Position numbers and translations under genes: made by a program. This document shows positions 34,560 to 46,054 of a stretch of 64,000 bases of DNA, piece by piece. The stretch spans positions 11,346,001-11,410,000 of the forward strand of contig JBHGNT010000017.1 in assembly GCA_043228905.1 (NCBI GenBank). Direction: 5' to 3'. A model generated the notes under the pieces. That model was not told the DNA's origin and searched no databases. It was given only the letters and a program-made list of their open reading frames with translations. How positions within the stretch are numbered: the stretch's first letter is position 1; each line of letters starts with the position of its first letter. Source of the DNA: Azolla caroliniana. Taxonomy: Eukaryota > Plantae > Polypodiophyta.

Positions 34560-36020
34560 GAAATTTTACTCGATACCCTCAGGGTTTCAAAGTTTGTCTC
34601 GTACCCCTATTTTATCTTTTTCCCTCTCTTTTGCTTTTAGGTCATTTTTACCTTCCCTTATGTATTTGTCTTCTTCTCTCTTCTCTTCCTCCTGTCTGTC
34701 TATGTCTCCTTCTGCTTCTTCTCTCCCTCTGATTCTCCCGCTTGATTCTCTCTCTGTCCATGCCTCTATCTCTAGTGCCCGAATCTTGCTTTGCTCCTCC
34801 TCTCTGTTTCCTTCTTTCGTGTTGCTTTGGTCTGCGTTTTTCTTCTTCTTGTTCATTTCTGTTCTTCTTCTTTCTTCTATGCCTTTCTCTTTCTTGCTTC
34901 TCTGTTTCCTCTTCTTTCTTGGTTATTCTGCTACCTCTTGTGCTTCTTCTTTTCCTTCCCTTCCTATTCCTTCTTCTCTTCTTCATCTTCTTCTTCTCTT
35001 TCATCATTGTCGATTGTATGTTCGTTTTTTGGCCGCCACTGTTCGGCCGCAATCGGGGCACTGCTCCAACTATCGTTGTTCGGCCGCTTCGTCCCTGTCT
35101 CCCTCACTGTTGTGGTCGGTCGTCCCTGTCTCCAACTATCGTTGTTCGACCGCTTCGTCCGTTTGGCATGTTCGGTCGTCCCTTCGTCTTTCCGGTCGTT
35201 TTTGTCGTTTGTCCGGTTGTCCGGTCCCTTCCAACTGTCTCTCCTTCTGTCCATTCTGTTGTCCTATCACCGCTCTGGCACCGCTGCTCATCCGGTTCTG
35301 TTATCGTCTCCGTCGGCCGGCCCTTATCAGGCGTTGTCGTGTCTGTCTAGTCCATCTCCAGATGTCTCTATCGTTGTCTCTGTCGGTTCGTCGTCGTCCG
35401 GCACCGTCCATCGTCCTCTGGCCATCGAGCTGTCTTAGTGCGGCCTGTTCTGGTCCATTCCGACCGGTTTTCCGGTAGTCGGTTCGGCTACTGTCCGGCT
35501 GCTATGTGTCTTTGCGCATTCCGGAAATCGATCCAACCACTATCCGGCGGATGCCGCTCTGCCGTTGCCACTGTACAACCGCCGCTCCATCCGGTCACTA
35601 TCTCTGTCCGACCGGGCTGCTGTTGGTCGGCCACCACTCTAGCTCCATCAGGTCACTGTCTCTGTCGCTCTTCGGTGTCCATGTCCCATCGTTTGGCTGT
35701 TGCCATTGTCGTGGCTGTGCATTTCGGATATCGGCTCTGTCGGCTCTGTCCGGCCGTCGTCCCACTGTCTTCCAATCGTGTGTCTGGTCTGTCTGTCTAT
35801 GTGGTCGCCTGTTCGGCCCATTTGACCCATCCTACTGTGTCTTGTGTCTTTTTGGTCACCTTTGTCTAGTGCATCCGTCCGTGTCTTTCCAGCGCTATTG
35901 GTTGATGTCTGGTTTGCATCCGCATCTCCTCCGTCTTCTTCGGCCCTTCGGTGTTAACCGGCTCCGGTTCTGGTTCCGATTTCAGTTCCGACTCTCTCTG
36001 TGTTGCTTCTTTTAGAACCA
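34560..36020 (+). other. Pyrimidine-rich and (GTC/CCG)-rich low-complexity internal region of the element starting at 33712
   Basis: Extreme strand skew and short internal repeats (CTCCAACTATCGTTGTTCG twice). The ORFs here have no recognisable domain. Confidence 0.55.
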
Positions 36021-36477
36021 CCTCTCGTGCATTCTCAGCACATCCTGCTGGTCTCCGCTCCACACACTGCGACTTTCTCCGCAGTCTCCTGGTGGGCTTC
36101 TCTTTCCGGTCGTGCTGGCACCGGTTCCCACTGCATCGCAGTTTGTACAGCCGTGCATCTTGCACCACGCTTTCAAAAACACGCACATTGTCGCTAACCG
36201 CATCGGAAACCCGCACATTGACACTAATCGCAACCTCGCACAACCATTGTTGCCATTCATGCATTCCTCCATCGCATCATCATTTCTTGCACTCGTACAC
36301 AAACGTCATCGTTTCCATTTCTTCGCTTGCAGATAATGAGCGGCCCCATTTGTACCATAATGTAAAAATAGGTTGCAGATAACCATTGTACATAACCGTT
36401 AGGACTATTAAAACGACTAAAGACCTGCACAAACTCCTAGTCCAAGAACACGCGGCACCACGATGGCTCACCACCCA

Positions 36478-39412
36478 ATGAACCCTAAGCCACAAAAAGA
36501 AGGAAACAAAAGATTTTCTGCACAAAACAGAAACTCGTCTTCTAGCTATCAGCGCTTCCATTGCTCCTCCCCCTCACCTTCTCCTCCATCCTATCACACA
36601 GCTCGCAACCACCACTCTTCTTCCCACGAACCTCCTCTGGCGATGACGATCTTCATCTCTACTGCCTTACGCCGACGGCTCGTGGAGAAACGCTTGGATG
36701 GGTACATCCGGGTCGCAGAAGCACCCCCACACCCGGATGCCATGGACATCGTCAGGAAGCTTAGCATTGACACGGTCACCAACTCCTCCATCCGGAAGAA
36801 GTTGGACCTGTCATGGCTAGGCGAAAGGCATTTCTACATCCCTCCTGCAGAGGCACTGCAACGATATTTCAGGCCATATTCCTCCTCTGCCAAGGCCTAT
36901 AGAACCAAGTAGATTCCGGATCCCTTCTTCCGTGAAGTTGCCAAGTTCCTGCTAGAAGTCGGTTGCGTACATGTCAACGCATATGGGATGCCTAAGCAGA
37001 AGGCAGACATCATTATCGATACCTTCGAGGGGCGCGCGGTATATTGGGGGGGGTCATCACAGGGCCGGCGTTAAGGGAAGGCCTGCATGCGTACTAGGCA
37101 GGCAAAAAGCTCAGGCCGATCATACAACAGTGCCTTACGGTACAATTTCCACCCCGAGGCTTGCCGGCACCGCATCCCAGCCGACCCACGCCCCCGCCTC
37201 GATCCGCGAAGCACAGGTTAGCGGTGTTATCGGCCCCAGAGTGGGAAGAGGAACCCCAAACCGCCCAGCCTGACCCAAGGACAACACCACCTACCAACCA
37301 GCCGGACACACGGACAACGCAGGAGGAATAGTCGGCACGTTCCATGGAGGCAGCCCTAGAGCCAGACACAGAAACACGACAGGATAGCCCTAGACCGAAA
37401 CGGCGTAGATTGGACAAGAAGGATGGGCGGGGGTTGGTCAAAAACGTTTCCACGATGACAGAAACACCGACCGAAGGCAATGGCTCCGTAGTTACGAAAC
37501 CCAATACCACCTTCAAAATCATCCGGGAGCCATGACCGATTATTATGACCCAGTCCCAATGAGGGAAAGCCGTATTGACGGCGGAAAGCGAGGTTTTGGC
37601 ATATCCGGATATCCCGGATATGGCCCATGAGTTCAGCGCCCTCTTACAGTTCGGCACTTCTTTTGAGCTCATGGAGTTCCTGGCAATACATCAGGTAAAA
37701 GCCGCCCAATGAATGGCCGAAGAGCATGCGGAACGCCAGATGATTGAGCGCGCCCTAACACAAACCACGGAGAGCGACGATGAGGACTGGTTAGCTAGGG
37801 TCGGCAGACAGAGAAACGCCGAGGTACGCCCCGTGGGGATGGAGATACCCCATTAAACACGGCCCTAGTCGAAGTCCATCGGGAACTGGCAAAGGTCAGC
37901 ACGGGCGCCAAGGAGATGGCCATAAAAAATAAGAATGTCTGGAAGAAGGTGAAACTAACCCAAGTCGAACTACAAAAAGCCAACGAACGCATCAAGGAGT
38001 TGGAAGCTCACGCGGCTACGGCGCAACATGCAACTCCGCCACCAAACCAAGCCATCGATGCTTTAAAGGAAGAAATTGAGGCTCAGACCGCCATCGCCTC
38101 AAAAGCAAAAAGGGTCGTGCAACTAGCGGAATCAGAAATTGACCGCCTTCGAGCAGAACTACACCAATCCTCAGACAAAGAAAAGGAGATACTGGCTAAT
38201 GGCCGGAAGGCAATAAAAACCCTAGAAGAGAAACTCACTACAGAGGTAGGACAACACATCCGAACAAAAGACAGCAACGCCCAATTACGGGAGGACGCGA
38301 AGAAATCAGAGGCGGCAATCGCGGGACTCCGGGCCTTATTAGAAAAGAAGAAGGTATGGTTCGACGAGCAGTTGGTGGTCGAACAAGACAGAAGGCATCA
38401 ACTCGAAATCTGCCTAAACAATGAAATGGGGAAATTAGAAAAGCAGCATGCAAAGGAATCCCAACTATGGGCGGGCCTGAAGGCCACATACGAGGAAGCG
38501 ATGGCGGTTAAACAGCAATAAATCGCAAATCTCCAGAAGTCGATGGAAGACGCACGCAACCGTTGCCAGGCCATCACAGATAACTTGTGTATCCTTCTCC
38601 AAACAAATCGGGAGAGGTTCACAGCGCAATTGAAAACGACGTTAGCCAAAGGATGGATGGCGTGGGCAACCCAAGCAGCGGAATTGCACGCATATCGTGC
38701 GGACTGGGAGAACCGGCGAAAAGACGGTCGAGTTTTCTATAAAATAAATGAGGAGAGCATTGCGGCCGTACGAGAGGACCTAGCGCAAGACTATCGTGCG
38801 CTAGCAGACCAACACTCCGAAGAACTCGCGCAGCTCTTAGATGATTTTGGTGAAAGCCAGGAGGAGCTATTTCACCAAATCACACAAGCCGGCAACACGC
38901 GCACAAACGAGGAATCCAGCGCGACGCCAATTCCGGGCACGGCCGAAGAAGAGGAACCTCAGGCCCGATCACGAGAAATGACAACGACGGAGAACAGCGG
39001 GGACCGACGAGCGGAGTTCCCCACAGGACCAGACAGCGAAACTACTACACAAAAAGAGGTTCATCCGCACGAGCCCACGCTATCATCAGACCACACGGAG
39101 AACGGTGTGGGCCAGGCGGAATCTCCGCCGCACTCCCTGGAAAGTACAAAAACGGCCGACACCACGGAGGACGTACCAATGGAGGCAGAGCCGCAACCGA
39201 CTGCAAGCACGACAACAGCAGAGCCCAACCCACTAGCTCAAGAAGAGCCCACCCTACCCGGACTGCCCACAGACGGCGACTGCGACTCCGGGAGAAACCA
39301 GCCCGACCAAACAGGGGAGCCACACCAAGATGCACCTACGGGCCCTACGTCACCTCTGGACGCGGACACCGCAGCAGAGCCAAACATCCGGGCCATTTTG
39401 GAAGAGGATTAA
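36478..39412 (+). pseudogene. Extra 3' ORF of gypsy family B, unknown function, with coiled coil and acidic/Pro-Thr tail
   Basis: Consecutive same-strand segments (36463-36912, 37344-37535, 37916-38521, 38543-39412) are broken by isolated stops and frameshifts. Heptad-rich region. Ends 47 nt before the family B LTR. Confidence 0.65.
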
Positions 39413-39459
39413 CGGTATGAGTCCGATGTGCCAAGGCACTGTCCCACAGGCGTGTCAGG

Positions 39460-39899
39460 TGTTGTCCGCCGGAATAGTAACCGACGGACAAAAGCGTAGG
39501 AATAAGAAATAATATAAGATCATAACGCATGTAACGGTTCACGCACGAAGCGTGAACGGCTAAATAGACCCTACGTATATAAAGGGCAAAAAACCTCTGA
39601 TAGAGGGGGCGTGTAATTTTGGGAATGTAAAGAAACGTCTCATAATAGAATTCTATCTTCTCTGATTTCCTGTGTATAGCTATGGCTAATTCACTGTGTT
39701 TGTCTTGAATACCTAAGCGTTTAAGTACGTAAGTGTAACCCTTGATAGGGATTCGGTTGTAGCCATCTCCCTTATACGTTGATAGGTTACAGGGAACCTT
39801 CCCCTACGCATTACGCTTAGACACCTGTTCGTTGTTCCACACCCACTTGGAGGTCTAGGTTGAAGGATTGACCGCAGACCGTGTTCCTAATCGGCAACA
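39460..39899 (+). repeat. 3' LTR of gypsy family B
   Basis: TGTTGTCCG...CGGCAACA with TATATAAA near 39577. The last ~90 bp match 25508-25597. Copia sequence resumes right after it. Confidence 0.75.
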
Positions 39900-42800
39900 G
39901 AGCCGTAACAAGCTCAACCTAATCCATTCGGATGTGTGGGAACCGGCATAGAATGTTAGTCTTGGCGAGAGTCGATATTTCGTCTCCTTCATCGACGACT
40001 ATACACGACACACATGGATCTACCTCATTGAGCGGAAGAGTGCAGTCTTCGAGTGTTTCGGGAGTCTCCAAAGCATGGTGGAATGGGAATCGGATAGGAA
40101 GATCAAATGCCTGCGGTCGGATGGTGGGAAAGAATACTTTTCCGGCCAATTCAACAGTTATCTGCAGCAAACGGGAATTCGGCGAGAGTTCAGCTGCTGA
40201 TACACACCGCAACAGAACGGTGTTGCCGAGAGGAAGAACCGGTCGCTTATTGATGCGGCAAGGGTAATGCTGGAGGAGAAGAGCATGCCCAAATTCTACT
40301 GGGCGGAGGCAGTCCAAACGGTTGTCTACATCCAGAACCGGATCGATGACAAGGTGTCAGCTCCCGAGCTGTATTTCGGGGCAGAAGCCGAATTTGAGTC
40401 ACCTTAAGATCTTCGGTAGCATTGCATATGTGCATGTACCGGATAAGAAGCGGAGGAAGCTGGATGCAAAATCAGAAAAATACATCCTAGTTGGCTATGC
40501 TCAAGAGCAAAAGGGTTATAAGTGTTATAACTCCCGGACAAAGCAGGTCCGAGTTAGTCGAGATGTCGAGTTTGATGAATCGGCATCGTGGTACTCCATA
40601 CCGACTCCGACTTCTGAATCTGACCCGATGCCAGTGGATGAGGCTAGTTAGCCTGAACTGGCCCTGGTAGAGGATGATGAAGCATGGACTCAGGATGAGA
40701 GTCCGGAATCAATCTGACCAGTCCGATGAGGAACCGGCGAATAGTGGAGACTTTGCCGTGCACTCCCCGCACAAGGAACCGAGGAGATGGTTCACACGCA
40801 AAGAGAAGGGGAAGAAGAAGATGCCAGAATACAAAACTGGCCACGATGAGTCGGATCGCTGTGCATTCGACTCCGGCAAGAAAAATGGTGGATCTTCAGC
40901 AACAAAGACCAATCCGGCCAAGAAGGGCCTCAAATCAGGTAACGGTGAGTTACACCGGTCTACCCGCCAGAAGGATCTCGTCAAACGGTACGGGTAAAAT
41001 GAGTACATGGCGCATCACTACGCATACATGACTAAGGTGGCAGAAGTGCGCGAGCCAGGGAGCTACACAGAAGCGGCCAAGGACGCAAATTGGTGTGCCG
41101 CTATGGACGAAGAAATGCGGGCACACGATGCCAACGAGACATGGGACCTGGTTGACCCTCCTCGTCACTGTAAACCGATCGGCTGCAAGTGGGTGTACAA
41201 ATTAAAGTACAACGCCGACGGTTCAGGTAACCGGTACAAGGCCCGGTTAGTGGCGAAGGGATATGCGTAGACCCACGAAATCAACTACGACGAGACCTTC
41301 ACTCCTGTAGCGAAGATGACGACGGTTCGAGTGGTGTTGGAGATTGTTGCGGCAAGGGGGTGGCATCTTCATCAGATGGATGTGAAGAATGAATTTCTTC
41401 AAGGTGATCTTGAAGAAGAAGTCTTTATGACTCAGCCTCCCGGGTTTCAATCGGAGATGAACAAGTCGGCGGCATGCCGGCTGAAGAAGTCATTGTACGG
41501 CCTGAACCAAGCCCCTCGAGCTTGGAATGCGAAGATCATGCACCGGTTGCGTAAGATGGGGTTTGTGGCCTCCGAATCGGACTCTTCATTGTTCATCCGG
41601 CAAATCTCAGCCGGTCTGGTATGTATAATGTTGTATGTTGATGATCTAGTCATCACCAAACCAGGTGTTCCAGAAATCAACCGCATCAAGTCCCAGTTGT
41701 CGGACGCATTTAAGATGAAGGATTTGGGGGACCTTCATTATTTTCTAGGGATCGAGGTGATATGAACCCCGGACGGCATATTGCTCTCACAACGACATTA
41801 CGTCTTGAATATGTTGTACAAGTTCGGCATGACAGAATGCCGACCTGTCTCCACACCCTTGGACCGGAACCAGAAGCTTCGTCCAAACTCCGGACCGGCC
41901 TGCAACGAGCAACGGTTCCGACAAATTGTCTGAAGCCTTCTTTACTTGACTATCACGCGACCTGACATCAGCTATCCGGTCGGAATGATAAGCCATTTCA
42001 TGCAGCAGCCGACCGTGGAGCACCTTCAATGCGCACAACGGATATTGCGGTATGTCAGCGGCACGAAGGACCAAGGACTATTATACCGGTGCAGTATAAC
42101 CGAAGAGCTCGTCGGTTACACAGATGCCGACTGGGCCGGCGATGCATCAAATCGCCGATCAACCTCCGGTTACATGTTTTCCCTAGGTAGTGTGGTTGTT
42201 CCGTGGAGCAGCAAAAAGCAGCCAACAGTTGCTCTGTCGAGCACTGAGGCGGAGTATCGGGGCGCTACCATTGCCACCTGTTAAGCCATTTGGCTTCGGC
42301 GACTGCTGCAAGACTTATGGATCGAGGTACCGACCCCGATTCTAGTCTACTGTGACAACATCAGCAGCATGCAACTCGCCAAGAACCCCGTATTCCATGC
42401 TTGCACAAAGCACATAGAAGTGCACTATCACTTCGTGCGTGAGCGTGTCTTGAGCAGTGAGGTCGAACTTCGGTATGTTCATACGGATCGGCAAGTAGCC
42501 GACATCTTCACCAAACCACTCGGTTCGGACAAGTTGCAGCACTTCACCGAAATGCTTGGTGTTCAACATCTCGACATGCCGCACTTGAGGGGGAGAACGA
42601 CGGGCAAAGACACTGGAACGGGCAAAGGCAAAGAGACTGCCGATTGCGCCGGTGAGGCAAGAACCGACGAAGGGAGAGTCAAGAAGAAGAAAGGAGCCGA
42701 GTCGACAAGGGAAGTCGACACGTCCGAACAAGTCGGAACAAGCGGCAGCGGCGGCAAAGTCAAGAAGGACAGAGCCGACCGAAGTAAGAAGGCCAAGTCC

Positions 42801-43644
42801 TGGACATGGTCCGATGTGGTGAAGGGCTTCGAACCAGAAGAAGAATCAGGAGCAACCGATTCGGACAAGAGCTGGAACAAATCGGAGACAATCGATTCGG
42901 TTCAACAGACAGAGTCGGAAGAACTAGATCAATTCAAGGCCAAGAGGACAAGAAGGCAGCGAAAGTCGACGCCAACACGAAAGAATCGGCAAACCGGAAC
43001 GCGCCGAAGTCACAGCAGCAAGGGAGCTGAATTAGGCCTGTTGAGCAGACAAGCCGACCAAGGAGGTCGAGGCGCGTAGAACAAGAGGGGTCGCGGCAAA
43101 CAAAACCGGACCGGACAAGGAGTGTGAGCAAGGCGGAACGACACTAGGAGAATCGGTTGGAAGAACCGACTGCCACAGAGGCTGACACTAGGATCCAACC
43201 TCAAGTTGAGCTTGGGGGGGAGTGTTGAGCGGCAAGCTCAACTGGAGCAGGATCGACTGGATAAGCCTGATCCGGTGAACGAGACAGATCGGTAAGCCAG
43301 TGAGCAACCGAGCCGGCAAACAACAGAGATGATGAGTTGGGGAGCTGGTTAGCTGGATCCAATCGGTAACCGGAAGCCTAGTATTAGTTTAGACTATTAG
43401 GCAATTATAGTCTCGTAGTAAGTGTCAGATACTCGTGTGAGCATTGAAGTACGCGGTACTTCTGTCAGTCCCACAAGGACTTGTATAAATAGTGCTACTG
43501 AGCACAGTTGTAAAAAAAGAGAAATAGAGTGATCATATTGTTTTGAATATAGCTTTCACGTTCTGCTCTCTCTGTCTCTCCCATGTACTCTGTGTATTCT
43601 CTACTTTCTCTATTTTCAAACGCTTCCGCAAGTAATCATTCTCA
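39900..43644 (+). mobile_element. Ty1/copia family C2, 5'-truncated: IN, RT, RH, 3' extension and 3' LTR (43223-43644)
   Basis: ORFs 40322-40651, 41316-41765, 41946-42284 and 42369-43079. A PPT precedes TGTTGAGCGG...TTCTCA, which matches 9713-10112. Confidence 0.92.
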
Positions 43645-44760
43645 GAAAACTTCAATATACTATTAGAAAAACAATACAATCTTCTTGGACTCTAAAAAGG
43701 GATCTCAATGACATTAGTCAATAATATTCTTTGCTTCTTCTCTCTTTCTTCTACTAAGACTCCTTTCACTTCTTCTAGCCTCCGGCTTCCTCCTCCTTTC
43801 ACTTCTTCCTCCTTCCTTCCAATTTCTAAGAATACCATCATATTTATAGGTTTTTAGTTGCGTTATTCTTGCTTTTACATATCCTCGAGTTTATGTGAGT
43901 CATGTTTTTATATCATTATTTTTGCTTTGTCATCCCAAATTTGTTATACTAAAAAGCTCTCTTATGAATCTTTTCTTTTGAAATTTTCTTGTTGTGACCA
44001 TAGCGTCGTGACAAGGAGTGCAAGCGAACTAGCACAACTATGAGATGATATGCGAAGCGTAAGGAAAGAAATAAAGCAATGATGCAAGTGAAGGAGAGAA
44101 TGAGATGAAAGAGGAAGAGAAGAGTGAGTGAGAAAAAAAGAAAAGCTTAAGAAATTTTGATTAGAAAAACCTTGTGCAAACTAGTTTCGTTCTAGTTAGA
44201 GCTCATCAGTGCCAAGGTCATTTACAACAAGAGGGTACGTTTATATAGGGGGAAGAGAGAGAGAGAGAGAGAGAGAGAATAGGAGTTTAATGAGGGGAGA
44301 GAGGGAAATAGGGAATCGTGATAGGCAAACAATTGATAAGTGAAGGTGGGCTAGAGGGGGGGTTATATGTATGTATATGATAAGTGATAGGTGCGAGTGG
44401 GCTCTAAGAAGAGGGGGATTATAAGGGTGGGATATCAAAAGAATATAGTATTAAGTGGGAGTATTTATGGATTTATATTCAGTTTTGACAAGAAGGGAAT
44501 GAATAGATTTAGACTTAGTCCAACATATGAAGGGCCGCGGTAGTTTGGATAGTTGGGGATGTGAGTATAAATCTATGTGGAGGTTTTCTAGCATGTCGTG
44601 AATTCCTAATCTACGAGTATCTTTCGTATACCTAAATTTGAAGATGACAGGTATAAGGGTACTTTTAGGTTTTCTACTAAATACTAGTGATTTCCTAGCG
44701 CTAAATAGGATCTTTTTATAATTCTCTAATATAAAAGAAAGGGGATATACTCTCTTAACT
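43645..44760. other. AT-rich non-coding stretch, possibly an old LTR remnant, with (GA)n near 44254-44277
   Basis: No ORFs. A minus-strand CCTATATAAA lies next to a CT microsatellite, as in other LTRs here, but boundaries cannot be defined. Confidence 0.3.
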
Positions 44761-45885
44761 AATCTACTGAATTTGGCACATCTTTAGGTGTTCGGTAGCA
44801 TTGCATATGTGCATGTACCGAAGGAAAACGGAGGCAGTTAGACACAAAAGCCGAAAAGTGCATTCTCGTTGGTTACTCGGATGAACAGAAGGGTTATAAG
44901 GGTTACTCCGAGTTAGCCGAGATGTCGTCTTCGATGATTTGGCATCCTGGTACTTCTCTCCATCTGAACCCGAGCCGATTTTTGTTGATGGTTCGGTAGA
45001 ATTCAGAACATAGGGAAGCGTCATGGAATGCGAACAACCGAATAGTCTGGCTTCTCTCTAGATTAGTGGACCGAATCTGGACTGGTTGAGCTAGTGTGGT
45101 CAACTGGATGACGAGTCGGCGAGTAGTGAAGACTCGGTCGTGCTCTCCCGCGCAAGGAACCAAGGAGACGGTTCACACGCAAACAGAAAGGGAAGAAGAA
45201 GATGTCGGAGTACGACACGTAGAGAAGAGACGTATTAGAGTGAATCCAACTCCAGACACAGTAGGGACGGACCTTCGGAAGAAAAGTCCGACTCGGCCAA
45301 GAAGGCCACGAAATCGGTGAATCAGGAATTGCACCAATCCACCCGCCAAAAGAACCCCGTGAAGAGGTACGGGTATAACGAGTATATGGCGCATCATTAC
45401 ACGTACATGGTGAAGGTGGCAGTCATGCGTGAACTGGAGAGCTACGTTGACGTGACTAAGGACCCGAATTGGTGGAAGACCGTGGAGGAAGAGATGCACG
45501 CACTCATGGAAAACGAGACGTGGGATTTGGTCGATGTACCGAAAGGAGTAAAGCCGATCGGTTGTCGTTGGGTGTACAAGGTGAAATACAACGTCGACGG
45601 CCTGTCAATAAGTACAAGGCCCGGTTAGTGGCCAAGGGCTACCCGCAACAGCACGACATCGACTACGATGAGACGTTCACGTCGGTCGCGAAGATGACGA
45701 CCATTTGTGTCCTGCTTGCGGTGGCAACAACTAAGGGGTGGTCTCTACATTAGATGGATGTGAAAAATATGTTCCTACAAGGTGATCTTGAGGAACATGA
45801 GTTTATGGTTCAGCCACCCAGATTTCAATCCGAGGTGAACACATCAGGTGTATGTCGATTGAAGAAGTCCCTCTATGGATTCAAG
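44761..45885 (+). pseudogene. Older copia (C1/C2-related) integrase-RT fragment
   Basis: Encodes KCILVGYSDEQKGY, ENETWDLVDVPKGVKPIGCRWVYKVK and MDVKNMFLQG. Confidence 0.85.
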
Positions 45886-46054
45886 TGTAAAAAGAACAAC
45901 ATGCAGAAGCAACAGAAAACCGAATGTAAGAAAAAACACAGGTTTAATGGAAAGATTGGACACATAGAGTACGCGGGAGAGATAGAGAGAGAAAGGGAGA
46001 GAGGGTCAATACACACAACTCTCTTCAAAATAATAATACTCAATCTATACATAG

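Noticed and set aside
34558-36015. Overlapping 200-300 aa hydrophobic/Ser/Cys-rich ORFs
   Set aside because: They are open in all three frames because the strand lacks A, a low-complexity artefact.
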